Shown piece by piece: positions 1-11,617 of a stretch of DNA of 64,000 bases (the first letter of the stretch is position 1; each line of letters begins with the position of its first letter). The stretch covers positions 1,016,924,001 through 1,016,988,000 of the forward strand of contig NC_091282.1 in NCBI RefSeq assembly GCF_032444005.1, written 5' to 3'. The translations under genes and the position numbers were made by a program. Source of the DNA: Ranitomeya imitator. Taxonomy: Eukaryota. The notes below the pieces were generated by a model. The model did no database searches. It worked only from the letters and a program-made list of their open reading frames with translations, and was not told the origin of the DNA.

Positions 1-476
1 TGATAACTGGCTAGTTATTTAAGACATGCGGCTTTGCAGCACCACCTTAGCCTTTTGGCTTTTTGGCTCCACTCCATCATACCTCAGACTCAGCTGAGTA
101 TCCATTCGGCGGTATGCCGTCTTTATAGATTGTTGATAGGGGAGCTTTGATCCATCCATTCAGGTTATATCCTATTTGGGCCACATTTGGCTACCTATAT
201 GTTTGAGCTCAGGTACCCTATTTATATTTAAGAGCTCTTATTCTGTGTTCCTTTGATTATATGTGATATTTACACTGTACTGCTCTTTTTCTTATGGTAC
301 ACCTAGATTTGTCAGTATACGTGATGGTCTGATGGTATATACTTTGTGTATATTGCTGCTTATTTACCAGGACATACATGGGGGTGTGCTACACATTGTT
401 GTATTTTAAGTGTTTTTATGTGTGTTTTTTGTGGTGTTCAATAAACGTGTTTTGTTATTTTGCTACATGGTTGTGC

Positions 477-645
477 AGGCCTGCTTTAGTCCATTCTTTT
501 CTCTTCCTTTTTTACTGTTAAAAAACGGACATGTCAGAGTATTTTGCCCACGGACACACGGTCTGTGGAAACACACCGATATGTGCACAGACCCTTTCAC
601 TTGAATGGTTCTACCTGTGTGTCTCCGACGTGTGAAAACGGCCAC
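477..645. mobile_element. Harbinger-type MITE fragment
   Basis: GGCC...GTGTGAAAACGGCC ends. The internal sequence resembles the copies at 22080-22406 and 24440-24650. Confidence 0.45.
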
Positions 646-730
646 CACACATACTGGACACTCTGGCGTCTGAGAGAGCCATAATGTTGCAAGAAGGTCT
701 TTGTTGGGAATGTAATAGCCAGTTTCCTAC

Positions 731-775
731 TCCACACTGATGAGGGGCAAATAACCCGAAACAGCTGTCTGTGGA
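731..775 (+). ncRNA. Minimal type I hammerhead ribozyme (Penelope-like element/retrozyme type)
   Basis: TCCACA-CTGATGA-GGG(gcaaataa)CCC-GAAA-C(AGCT)G-TC|TGTGGA. Stem I is 731-736/770-775, the CUGAUGA and GAAA core is intact, stem II has 3 bp, stem III is minimal with a palindromic AGCT loop, and the GUC cleavage site follows 769. Confidence 0.88.
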
Positions 776-2199
776 TGGATACCATGTTTTGGCATAGGTG
801 GTTTTCCTTTTTGGATGCTGCCCTTCCCATGGTTGTTCCTTCCCGGTGAAAGACCTGGCTATTTATTGCTTGCGTTGAGAAACACGTGATGGTGTATCCG
901 CGGCTTTTCTACATGCATTTGTTGGGAATGTGTCACCAGAAATAACGCTGGAAATCTGCAGATATGTGGATAATCTGCAGGTTGACAGTGTTATTGTGCT
1001 GTCTGGCCAGTGCTGGACTGGGGAGCCAAGTGCCCACTAGTAACCAACGCTAGGGGCCCACTTTTCAACTACATACGGTACAAATGTGACATTAACACTA
1101 ATCACAAATTTATATAACAATGATCTGGATAGATTGATAAATGAATAAGATGCCGCCTTTGTCTGTACATAGTGACTCAAGTATATAATGCGAAGTACTC
1201 CTCATATAAGAGGGTAGTGCCCACTCCTGCACAGGGGCCCACCAGAGGATTCTCCTGTGGGCCAGGCCAAGCCTGTGTCCGGCACCTGCACGCAGTGGAG
1301 AGAAAATGTTCTTTATTCTCCCTGCCAGCATTCGGCATTCAGTCACAGGGGCGAGGGCGCCGCCGGTCCAGGCACTGCTCTGACTATACAGAGCTGACGC
1401 CGTAGCGGTGCCCTTGGCCCAGACTGACAGCTGGCCTCAATATAGAGAGCGTGTCAGTCAGGGCGGAAGCGTGCACCCCTCACCCCATGACTGAATGCTG
1501 ACTGCTGCCAGGGAGAATATTGTTTTCTCCCCGCGGCACTCGGCTACGTGCAGGCGCCGGGCAGCATACTAATGCTGGTAACCTGCAGACTAACCGCATA
1601 TCTGCAGGTCACCAGCGTTATTCCTGGTGACTAAGGGATAAGGTTTCGCCTTGTGGAGGGTCTCTAGCGCACCTGTTGGATGTAGCGACCCGAAAAGTCA
1701 TTATCGATCCTTTAACGAGCCCTGTCACATGACTTAGGATAAAAGCTAAACCAGGAATCCCAATTTGCAGACATTGGCCATCTCTTAAAGTGCTCTGGAA
1801 ACAGAAAGCTTGGTTCTTATTGGTTGCTTTTAGACCCTTGTAAACAGTGTTGATAAATGTGGCCTTTGGTTCTTATAAAGCAGAGGTGAAAAAAAATATC
1901 ACTGCATCCTTAAATTAACTCTTCAACACCTGTGCACACACAAGCCCGCATACCTTGTTTATTATGTAGCTCCTCCCAGTGACGATACAACTAACCAATC
2001 AGGTTGGGCGAGAACAGCTAGTCACAATCTTCTCTTTTCATTAGCAGCCAGGAATTGTCACTCTTTGCACAAAAGATGAGACAGATGTGTCTCCAATACT
2101 GACATTATACTTGTAGCGCGCAGCAGCCATGTTTGCGTAGTCCGCGGCTATATTTCTGTACGGAGAGGCTTCACAAACATGGCTCCTGTAGTAAGGACA

Positions 2200-2361
2200 C
2201 AAGCTGAGCGTACTTATTTATCCAGCGCTGAGAGTTCGGTTCTGACGTCACTACGTTGTGTGGCACCCACGGCCGGTGTCGCAGAGGAGGGTCTGGGGAG
2301 CGGAGAGCTGTGTGTACGGTTGTGTATCAGACGCGGCTCCGTACAGCGCCGGCCCGGACAG
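2200..2361 (+). promoter_or_regulatory. SCOC: CpG-rich promoter and probable non-coding exon 1 of SCOC
   Basis: Locally CpG-dense, with a palindromic CRE TGACGTCA at 2243-2250 and a strong donor CAG|GTGAGA at 2361/2362. It lies upstream of the SCOC coding exons on the same strand. The TSS position is inferred. Confidence 0.6.
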
Positions 2362-2565
2362 GTGAGACTGCGGCGGGTGTCCGTGTAGTGCTGCCCCAAT
2401 ACTGACATGGCGCTGCCTTCTGGCTGTGTCCTCTCACCTCAGGTGAAGGCTGTCCCTTCTTAGCTTCATCCCATAGCACTTGGTTCCGCCCTATATCAGG
2501 AGGTTCTGGGCGCAGTAGACGCGGGGCTCAAATAGAGGGGCCGTTCCCATCAGTGCTCCACTGTC

Positions 2566-5500
2566 CACCAGTCATGTGTTATACGCTGGCCGTCACCTTA
2601 CTAATGGCACCCGTATCCCAGTGATGGGTGCAGCATCACCAGTCATGTGTTATACGCTGGCCGTCACCGTACTAATGGCTCCCGTATCCCAGTGATGGGT
2701 GCAGCATCACCAGTCATGTGTTATACATTGGCCGTCACCTTACTAATGCACCCGTATCCCAGTGATGGGTGCAGCATCACCAGTCATGTGTTATACATTG
2801 GCCGTCACCTTACTAATGGCACCCGTATCCCAGTGATGGGTGCAGCATCACCAGTCATGTGTTATACGTTGGCCGTCACCTTACTAATGGCTCCCGTATC
2901 CCAGTGATGGGTGCAGCATCACCAGTCATGTGTTATACATTGGCTGTCACCTTACTAATGGCTCCCGTATCCCAGTGATGGGTGCAGCATCACCAGTCAT
3001 GTGTTATACATTGGCCGTCACCTTACTAATTGCACCCGTATCCCAGTGATGGGTGCAGCATCACCAGTCATGTGTTATACGTTGGCCGTCACCTTACTAA
3101 TGGCACCCGTATCCCAGTGATGGGTGCAGCATCACCAGTCATGTGTTATACGTTGGCTGTCACCTTTCTAATGGCACCCGTATCCCAGTGATGGGTGCAG
3201 CATCACCAGTCATGTGTTATACGTTGGCCGTCACCGTACTAATGGCACCCGTATCCCAGTGATGGGTGCAGCATCACCAGTCATGTGTTATACATTGGCC
3301 GTCACCTTACTAATGGCACCCGTATCCCAGTGATGGGTGCAGCATCACCAGTCATGTGTTATACGTTGGCCGTCACCGTACTAATGGCTCCCGTATCCCA
3401 GTGATGGGTGCAGCATCACCAGTCATGTGTTATACATTGGCCGTCACCTTACTAATGGCACCCGTATCCCAGTGATGGGTGCAGCATCACCAGTCATGTG
3501 TTATACATTGGCCGTCACTTTACTAATGACACCCGTATCCCAGTGATGGGTGCAGCATCACCAGTCATACGTTGGCTGTCACCTTACTAATTGCTCCCAT
3601 ATCCCAGTGATGGGTGCAGCATCACTAGTCATGTGTTATACATTGTCCGTCACCTTACTAATGGCTCCCGTATCCCAGTGATGGGTGCAGCATCACCAGT
3701 CATACGTTGGCCGTCACCTTACTAATTGCTCCCATATCCCAGTGATGGGTGCAGCATCACCAGTCATGTGTTATACATTGGCCGTCACCGTACTAATGGC
3801 ACCCGTATCCCAGTGATGGGTGCAGCATCACCAGTCATGTGTTATACATTGGCCGTCACCGTACTAATGGCACCCGTATCCCAGTGATGGGTGCAGCATC
3901 ACCAGTCATGTGTTATACGTTGGCCGTCACCGTACTAATGGCTCCCGTATCCCAGTGATGGGTGCAGCATCACCAGTCATGTGTTATACATTGGCCGTCA
4001 CCTTACTAATGGCACCCGTATCCCAGTGATGGGTGCAGCATCACCAGTCATGTGTTATACATTGGCCGTCACCTTACTAATGGCTCCCGTATCCCAGTGA
4101 TGGGTGCAGCATCACCAGTCATGTGTTATACATTGGCCGTCACCTTACTAATGGCACCCGTATCCCAGTGATGGGTGCAGTATCACCAGTCATGTGTTAT
4201 ACATTGGCCGTCACCTTACTAATGGCTCCCGTATCCCAGTGATGGGTGCAGCATCACCAGTCATGTGTTATACATTGGCCGTCACCTTACTAATGGCACC
4301 CGTATCCCAGTGATGGGTGCAGCATCACCAGTCATGTGTTATACATTGGCCGTCACCTTACTAATGGCACCCGTATCCCAGTGATGGGTGCAGCATCACC
4401 AGTCATGTGTTATACATTGGCCGTCACCTTACTAATGGCTCCCGTATCCCAGTGATGGGTGCAGCATCACCAGTCATGTGTTATACATTGGCCGTCACCT
4501 TACTAATGGCACCCGTATCCCAGTGATGGGTGCAGCATCACCAGTCATGTGTTATACATTGGCCGTCACCTTACTAATGGCACCCGTATCCCAGTGATGG
4601 GTGCAGCATCACCAGTCATGTGTTATACGTTGGCCGTCACCTTACTAATGGCTCCCATATCCCAGTGATGGGTGCAGCATCACTAGTCATGTGTTATACA
4701 TTGTCCGTCACCTTACTAATGGCTCCCGTATCCCAGTGATGGGTGCAGCATCACCAGTCATGTGTTATACATTGTTCGTCACCTTACTAATGGCTCCCGT
4801 ATCCCAGTGATGGGTGCAGCATCACCAGTCATGTGTTATACGTTGGCCGTCACTTTACTAATGGCTCCCGTATCCCAGTGATGGGTGCAGCATCACCAGT
4901 CATGTGTTATACGTTGGCCGTCACCTTACTAATGGCTCCCGTATCCCAGTGATGGGTGCAGCATCACCAGTCATGTGTTATACGTTGGCCGTCACCTTAC
5001 TAATGGCTCCCGTATCCCAGTGATGGGTGCAGCATCACCAGTCATGTGTTATACATTGGCCGTCACTTTACTAATGGCACCCGTATCCCAGTGATGGGTG
5101 CAGCATCACCAGTCATATGTTATACGTTGGCCGTCACCTTACTAATGGCACCCGTATCCCAGTGATGGGTGCAGCATCACCAGTCATGTGTTATACATTT
5201 GCCGTCACTTTACTAATGGCTCCCGTATCCCAGTGATGGGTGCAGTATCACCAGTCATGTGTTATACATTGGCCGTCACTTTACTAATGGCTCCCGTATC
5301 CCAGTGATGGGTGCAGCATCACCAGTCATGTGTTATACATTGGCCGTCACCTTACTAATGCACCCGTATCCCAGTGATGGGTGCAGCATCACCAGTCATG
5401 TGTTATACATTGTCCGTCACCTTACTAATGGCACCCGTATCCCAGTGATGGGTGTAGCATCACCAGTCATGTGTTATACGTTGGCCGTCACCTTACTAAT

Positions 5501-8500
5501 GGCTCCCGTATCCCAGTGATGGGTGCAGCATCACCAGTCATGTGTTATACATTGGCCGTCACCTTACTAATGCACCCGTATTCCAGTGATGGGTGCAGCA
5601 TCACCAGTCATGTGTTATACATTGTCCGTCACCTTACTAATGGCTCCCGTATCCCAGTGATGGGTGCAGCATCACCAGTCATGTGTTATAGATTGTCCGT
5701 CACCTTACTAATGGCTCCCGTATCCCAGTGATGGGTGCAGCATCACCAGTCATGTGTTATACGCTGGCCGTCACCTTACTAATGGCTCCCATATCCCAGT
5801 GATGGGTGCAGCATCAACAGTCATGTGTTATACATTGTCCGTCACCTTACTAATGGCTCCCGTATCCCAGTGATGGGTGCAGCATCACCAGTCATGTGTT
5901 ATACATTGGCCGTCACCTTACTAATGCACCCGTATTCCAGTGATGGGTGCAGCATCACCAGTCATGTGTTATACATTGTCCGTCACCTTACTAATGGCTC
6001 CCGTATCCCAGTGATGGGTGCAGCATCACCAGTCATGTGTTATACATTGGCCGTCACTTTACTAATGGCACCCGTATCCCAGTGATGGGTGCAGCATCAC
6101 CAGTCATATGTTATACGTTGGCCGTCACCTTACTAATGGCACCCGTATCCCAGTGATGGGTGCAGCATCAACAGTCATGTGTTATACATTGTCCGTCACC
6201 TTACTAATGGCTCCCGTATCCCAGTGATGGGTGCAGCATCACCAGTCATGTGTTATACATTGTCCGTCACCTTACTAATGGCATCCGTATCCCAGTGATG
6301 GGTGCAGCATCACCAGTCATGTGTTATACGTTGGCCGTCACCTTACTAATGGCACCCATATCCCAGTGATGGGTGTAGCATCACCAGTCATGTGTTATAG
6401 ATTGTCCGTCACCTTACTAATGGCTCCCGTATCCCAGTGATGGGTGCAGCATCACCAGTCATGTGTTATACATTGTCCGTCACCTTACTAATGGCATCCG
6501 TATCCCAGTGATGGGTGCAGCATCACCAGTCATGTGTTATACATTGGCCGTCACCTTACTAATGCACCCGTATCCCAGTGATGGGTGCAGCATCACCAGT
6601 CATGTGTTATACATTGTCCGTCACCTTACTAATGGCACCCGTATCCCAGTGATGGGTGTAGCATCACCAGTCATGTGTTATACGTTGGCCGTCACCTTAC
6701 TAATGCACCCGTATTCCAGTGATGGGTGCAGCATCACCAGTCATGTGTTATACATTGGCCGTCACCTTACTAATGCACCCGTATTCCAGTGATGGGTGCA
6801 GCATCACCAGTCATGTGTTATACATTGTCCGTCACCTTACTAATGGCTCCCGTATCCCAGTGATGGGTGCAGCATCACCAGTCATGTGTTATAGATTGTC
6901 CGTCACCTTACTAATGGCTCCCGTATCCCAGTGATGGGTGCAGCATCACCAGTCATGTGTTATACGCTGGCCGTCACCTTACTAATGGCTCCCATATCCC
7001 AGTGATGGGTGCAGCATCAACAGTCATGTGTTATACATTGTCCGTCACCTTACTAATGGCTCCCGTATCCCAGTGATGGGTGCAGCATCACCAGTCATGT
7101 GTTATACATTGGCCGTCACCTTACTAATGCACCCGTATTCCAGTGATGGGTGCAGCATCACCAGTCATGTGTTATACATTGTCCGTCACCTTACTAATGG
7201 CTCCCGTATCCCAGTGATGGGTGCAGCATCACCAGTCATGTGTTATAGATTGTCCGTCACCTTACTAATGGCTCCCGTATCCCAGTGATGGGTGCAGCAT
7301 CACCAGTCATGTGTTATACGTTGGCCGTCACCTTACTAATGGCTCCCATATCCCAGTGATGGGTGCAGCATCACCAGTCATGTGTTATACATTGGCCGTC
7401 ACCTTACTAATGCACCCGTATCCCAGTGATGGGTGCAGCATCACCAGTCATGTGTTATAGATTGTCCGTCACCTTACTAATGGCTCCCGTATCCCAGTGA
7501 TGGGTGCAGCATCACCAGTCATGTGTTATACATTGTCCGTCACCTTACTAATGCACCCTTATCCCAGTGATGGGTGCAGCATCACCAGTCATGTGTTATA
7601 CGCTGGCCGTCACCTTACTAATGGCTCCCATATCCCAGTGATGGGTGCAGCATCAACAGTCATGTGTTATACATTGTCCGTCACCTTACTAATGGCTCCC
7701 GTATCCCAGTGATGGGTGCAGCATCACCAGTCATGTGTTATACATTGGCCGTCACCTTACTAATGCACCCGTATTCCAGTGATGGGTGCAGCATCACCAG
7801 TCATGTGTTATACATTGTCCGTCACCTTACTAATGGCATCCGTATCCCAGTGATGGGTGCAGCATTACCGGTCATGTGTTATACATTGGCCGTCACTTTA
7901 CTAATGGCTCCCGTATCCCAGTGATGGGTGCAGCATCACCAGTCATGTGTTATACGTTGGCCGTCACCTTACTAATGGCTCCCATATCCCAGTGATGGGT
8001 GCAGCATCACCAGTCATGTGTTATACATTGGCCGTCACCTTACTAATGCACCCGTATCCCAGTGATGGGTGCAGCATCACCAGTCATGTGTTATACATTG
8101 TCCGTCACCTTACTAATGGCACCCGTATCCCAGTGATGGGTGCAGCATCACCAGTCATGTGTTATACATTGGCCGTCACCTTACTAATGCACCCGTATCC
8201 CAGTGATGGGTGCAGCATCACCAGTCATGTGTTATACATTGTCCGTCACCTTACTAATGGCACCCGTATCCCAGTGATGGGTGCAGCATCACCAGTCATG
8301 TGTTATACATTGTCCGTCACCTTACTAATGGCACCCGTATCCCAGTGATGGGTGCAGCATCACCAGTCATGTGTTATACATTGGCCGTCACCTTACTAAT
8401 GGCTCCCGTATCCCAGTGATGGGTGCAGCATCACCAGTCATGTGTTATACGTTGGCCGTCACCTTACTAATGCACCCTTATCCCAGTGATGGGTGCAGCA

Positions 8501-11500
8501 TCACCAGTCATGTGTTATACATTGGCCGTCACCTTACTAATGGCTCCCGTATCCCAGTGATGGGTGCAGCATCACCAGTCATGTGTTATACATTGTCCGT
8601 CACCTTACTAATGGCACCCGTATCCCAGTGATGGGTGTAGCATCACCAGTCATGTGTTATACATTGTCCGTCACCTTACTAATGGCTCCCGTATCCCAGT
8701 GATGGGTGCAGCATCACCAGTCATGTGTTATAGATTGTCCGTCACCTTACTAATGGCTCCCGTATCCCAGTGATGGGTGCAGCATCACCAGTCATGTGTT
8801 ATACGTTGGCCGTCACCTTACTAATGGCTCCCATATCCCAGTGATGGGTGCAGCATCACCAGTCATGTGTTATACATTGGCCGTCACCTTACTAATGCAC
8901 CCGTATCCCAGTGATGGGTGCAGCATCACCAGTCATGTGTTATAGATTGTCCGTCACCTTACTAATGGCTCCCGTATCCCAGTGATGGGTGCAGCATCAC
9001 CAGTCATGTGTTATACATTGTCCGTCACCTTACTAATGCACCCTTATCCCAGTGATGGGTGCAGCATCACCAGTCATGTGTTATACGCTGGCCGTCACCT
9101 TACTAATGGCTCCCATATCCCAGTGATGGGTGCAGCATCAACAGTCATGTGTTATACATTGTCCGTCACCTTACTAATGGCTCCCGTATCCCAGTGATGG
9201 GTGCAGCATCACCAGTCATGTGTTATACATTGGCCGTCACCTTACTAATGCACCCGTATTCCAGTGATGGGTGCAGCATCACCAGTCATGTGTTATACAT
9301 TGTCCGTCACCTTACTAATGGCATCCGTATCCCAGTGATGGGTGCAGCATTACCGGTCATGTGTTATACATTGGCCGTCACTTTACTAATGGCTCCCGTA
9401 TCCCAGTGATGGGTGCAGCATCACCAGTCATGTGTTATACGTTGGCCGTCACCTTACTAATGGCTCCCATATCCCAGTGATGGGTGCAGCATCACCAGTC
9501 ATGTGTTATACATTGGCCGTCACCTTACTAATGCACCCGTATCCCAGTGATGGGTGCAGCATCACCAGTCATGTGTTATACATTGTCCGTCACCTTACTA
9601 ATGGCACCCGTATCCCAGTGATGGGTGCAGCATCACCAGTCATGTGTTATACATTGGCCGTCACCTTACTAATGCACCCGTATCCCAGTGATGGGTGCAG
9701 CATCACCAGTCATGTGTTATACATTGTCCGTCACCTTACTAATGGCACCCGTATCCCAGTGATGGGTGCAGCATCACCAGTCATGTGTTATACATTGTCC
9801 GTCACCTTACTAATGGCACCCGTATCCCAGTGATGGGTGCAGCATCACCAGTCATGTGTTATACATTGGCCGTCACCTTACTAATGGCTCCCGTATCCCA
9901 GTGATGGGTGCAGCATCACCAGTCATGTGTTATACGTTGGCCGTCACCTTACTAATGCACCCTTATCCCAGTGATGGGTGCAGCATCACCAGTCATGTGT
10001 TATACATTGGCCGTCACCTTACTAATGGCTCCCGTATCCCAGTGATGGGTGCAGCATCACCAGTCATGTGTTATACATTGTCCGTCACCTTACTAATGGC
10101 ACCCGTATCCCAGTGATGGGTGCAGCATCACCAGTCATGTGTTATAGATTGTCCGTCACCTTACTAATGGCTCCCGTATCCCAGTGATGGGTGCAGCATC
10201 ACCAGTCATGTGTTATACGTTGGCCGTCACCTTACTAATGGCTCCCATATCCCAGTGATGGGTGCAGCATCACCAGTCATGTGTTATACATTGGCCGTCA
10301 CCTTACTAATGCACCCGTATCCCAGTGATGGGTGCAGCATCACCAGTCATGTGTTATAGATTGTCCGTCACCTTACTAATGGCTCCCGTATCCCAGTGAT
10401 GGGTGCAGCATCACCAGTCATGTGTTATACATTGTCCGTCACCTTACTAATGCACCCTTATCCCAGTGATGGGTGCAGCATCACCAGTCATGTGTTATAC
10501 GCTGGCCGTCACCTTACTAATGGCTCCCATATCCCAGTGATGGGTGCAGCATCAACAGTCATGTGTTATACATTGTCCGTCACCTTACTAATGGCTCCCG
10601 TATCCCAGTGATGGGTGCAGCATCACCAGTCATGTGTTATACATTGGCCGTCACCTTACTAATGCACCCGTATTCCAGTGATGGGTGCAGCATCACCAGT
10701 CATGTGTTATACATTGTCCGTCACCTTACTAATGGCATCCGTATCCCAGTGATGGGTGCAGCATTACCGGTCATGTGTTATACATTGGCCGTCACTTTAC
10801 TAATGGCTCCCGTATCCCAGTGATGGGTGCAGCATCACCAGTCATGTGTTATACGTTGGCCGTCACCTTACTAATGGCTCCCATATCCCAGTGATGGGTG
10901 CAGCATCACCAGTCATGTGTTATACATTGGCCGTCACCTTACTAATGCACCCGTATCCCAGTGATGGGTGCAGCATCACCAGTCATGTGTTATACATTGT
11001 CCGTCACCTTACTAATGGCACCCGTATCCCAGTGATGGGTGCAGCATCACCAGTCATGTGTTATACATTGGCCGTCACCTTACTAATGCACCCGTATCCC
11101 AGTGATGGGTGCAGCATCACCAGTCATGTGTTATACATTGTCCGTCACCTTACTAATGGCACCCGTATCCCAGTGATGGGTGCAGCATCACCAGTCATGT
11201 GTTATACATTGTCCGTCACCTTACTAATGGCACCCGTATCCCAGTGATGGGTGCAGCATCACCAGTCATGTGTTATACATTGGCCGTCACCTTACTAATG
11301 GCTCCCGTATCCCAGTGATGGGTGCAGCATCACCAGTCATGTGTTATACGTTGGCCGTCACCTTACTAATGCACCCTTATCCCAGTGATGGGTGCAGCAT
11401 CACCAGTCATGTGTTATACATTGGCCGTCACCTTACTAATGGCTCCCGTATCCCAGTGATGGGTGCAGCATCACCAGTCATGTGTTATACATTGTCCGTC

Positions 11501-11617
11501 ACCTTACTAATGGCACCCGTATCCCAGTGATGGGTGTAGCATCACCAGTCATGTGTTATACATTGGCCGTCACCTTACTAATGGCTCCCGTATCCCAGTG
11601 ATGGGTGTAGCATCACC
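2566..11617. repeat. 71-bp tandem satellite, about 128 copies, with higher-order repeat structure
   Basis: Unit CCAGTCATGTGTTATACATTGGCCGTCACCTTACTAATGGCACCCGTATCCCAGTGATGGGTGCAGCATCA, with 70-bp and 64-bp variants. The diagnostic variant TTACCGG recurs at 7865, 9350 and 10764 (periods 1485 and 1414). Confidence 0.98.

Noticed and set aside
2179-2388. 69-aa ORF over the SCOC promoter as a coding first exon
   Set aside because: Splicing at 2361 (phase 0) to 13679 or 13686 is out of frame with SCOC, and there is no recognisable homology.
2647-11530. Many 71-133-aa ORFs (MLYIGRHLTNGSRIPVMGAASPVMCYTL...)
   Set aside because: These are translations of the 71/70-bp satellite. The unit is not a multiple of 3 and the frames rotate and stop, so there is no coding signature.
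2566-11617. CRISPR-like array, or a hammerhead-containing satellite like newt satellite 2
   Set aside because: There are no unique spacers and no cas genes. Neither strand has CTGANGA or GAAA; only short hairpins (GTGATG/CATCAC, GCACCC/GGGTGC) are present.
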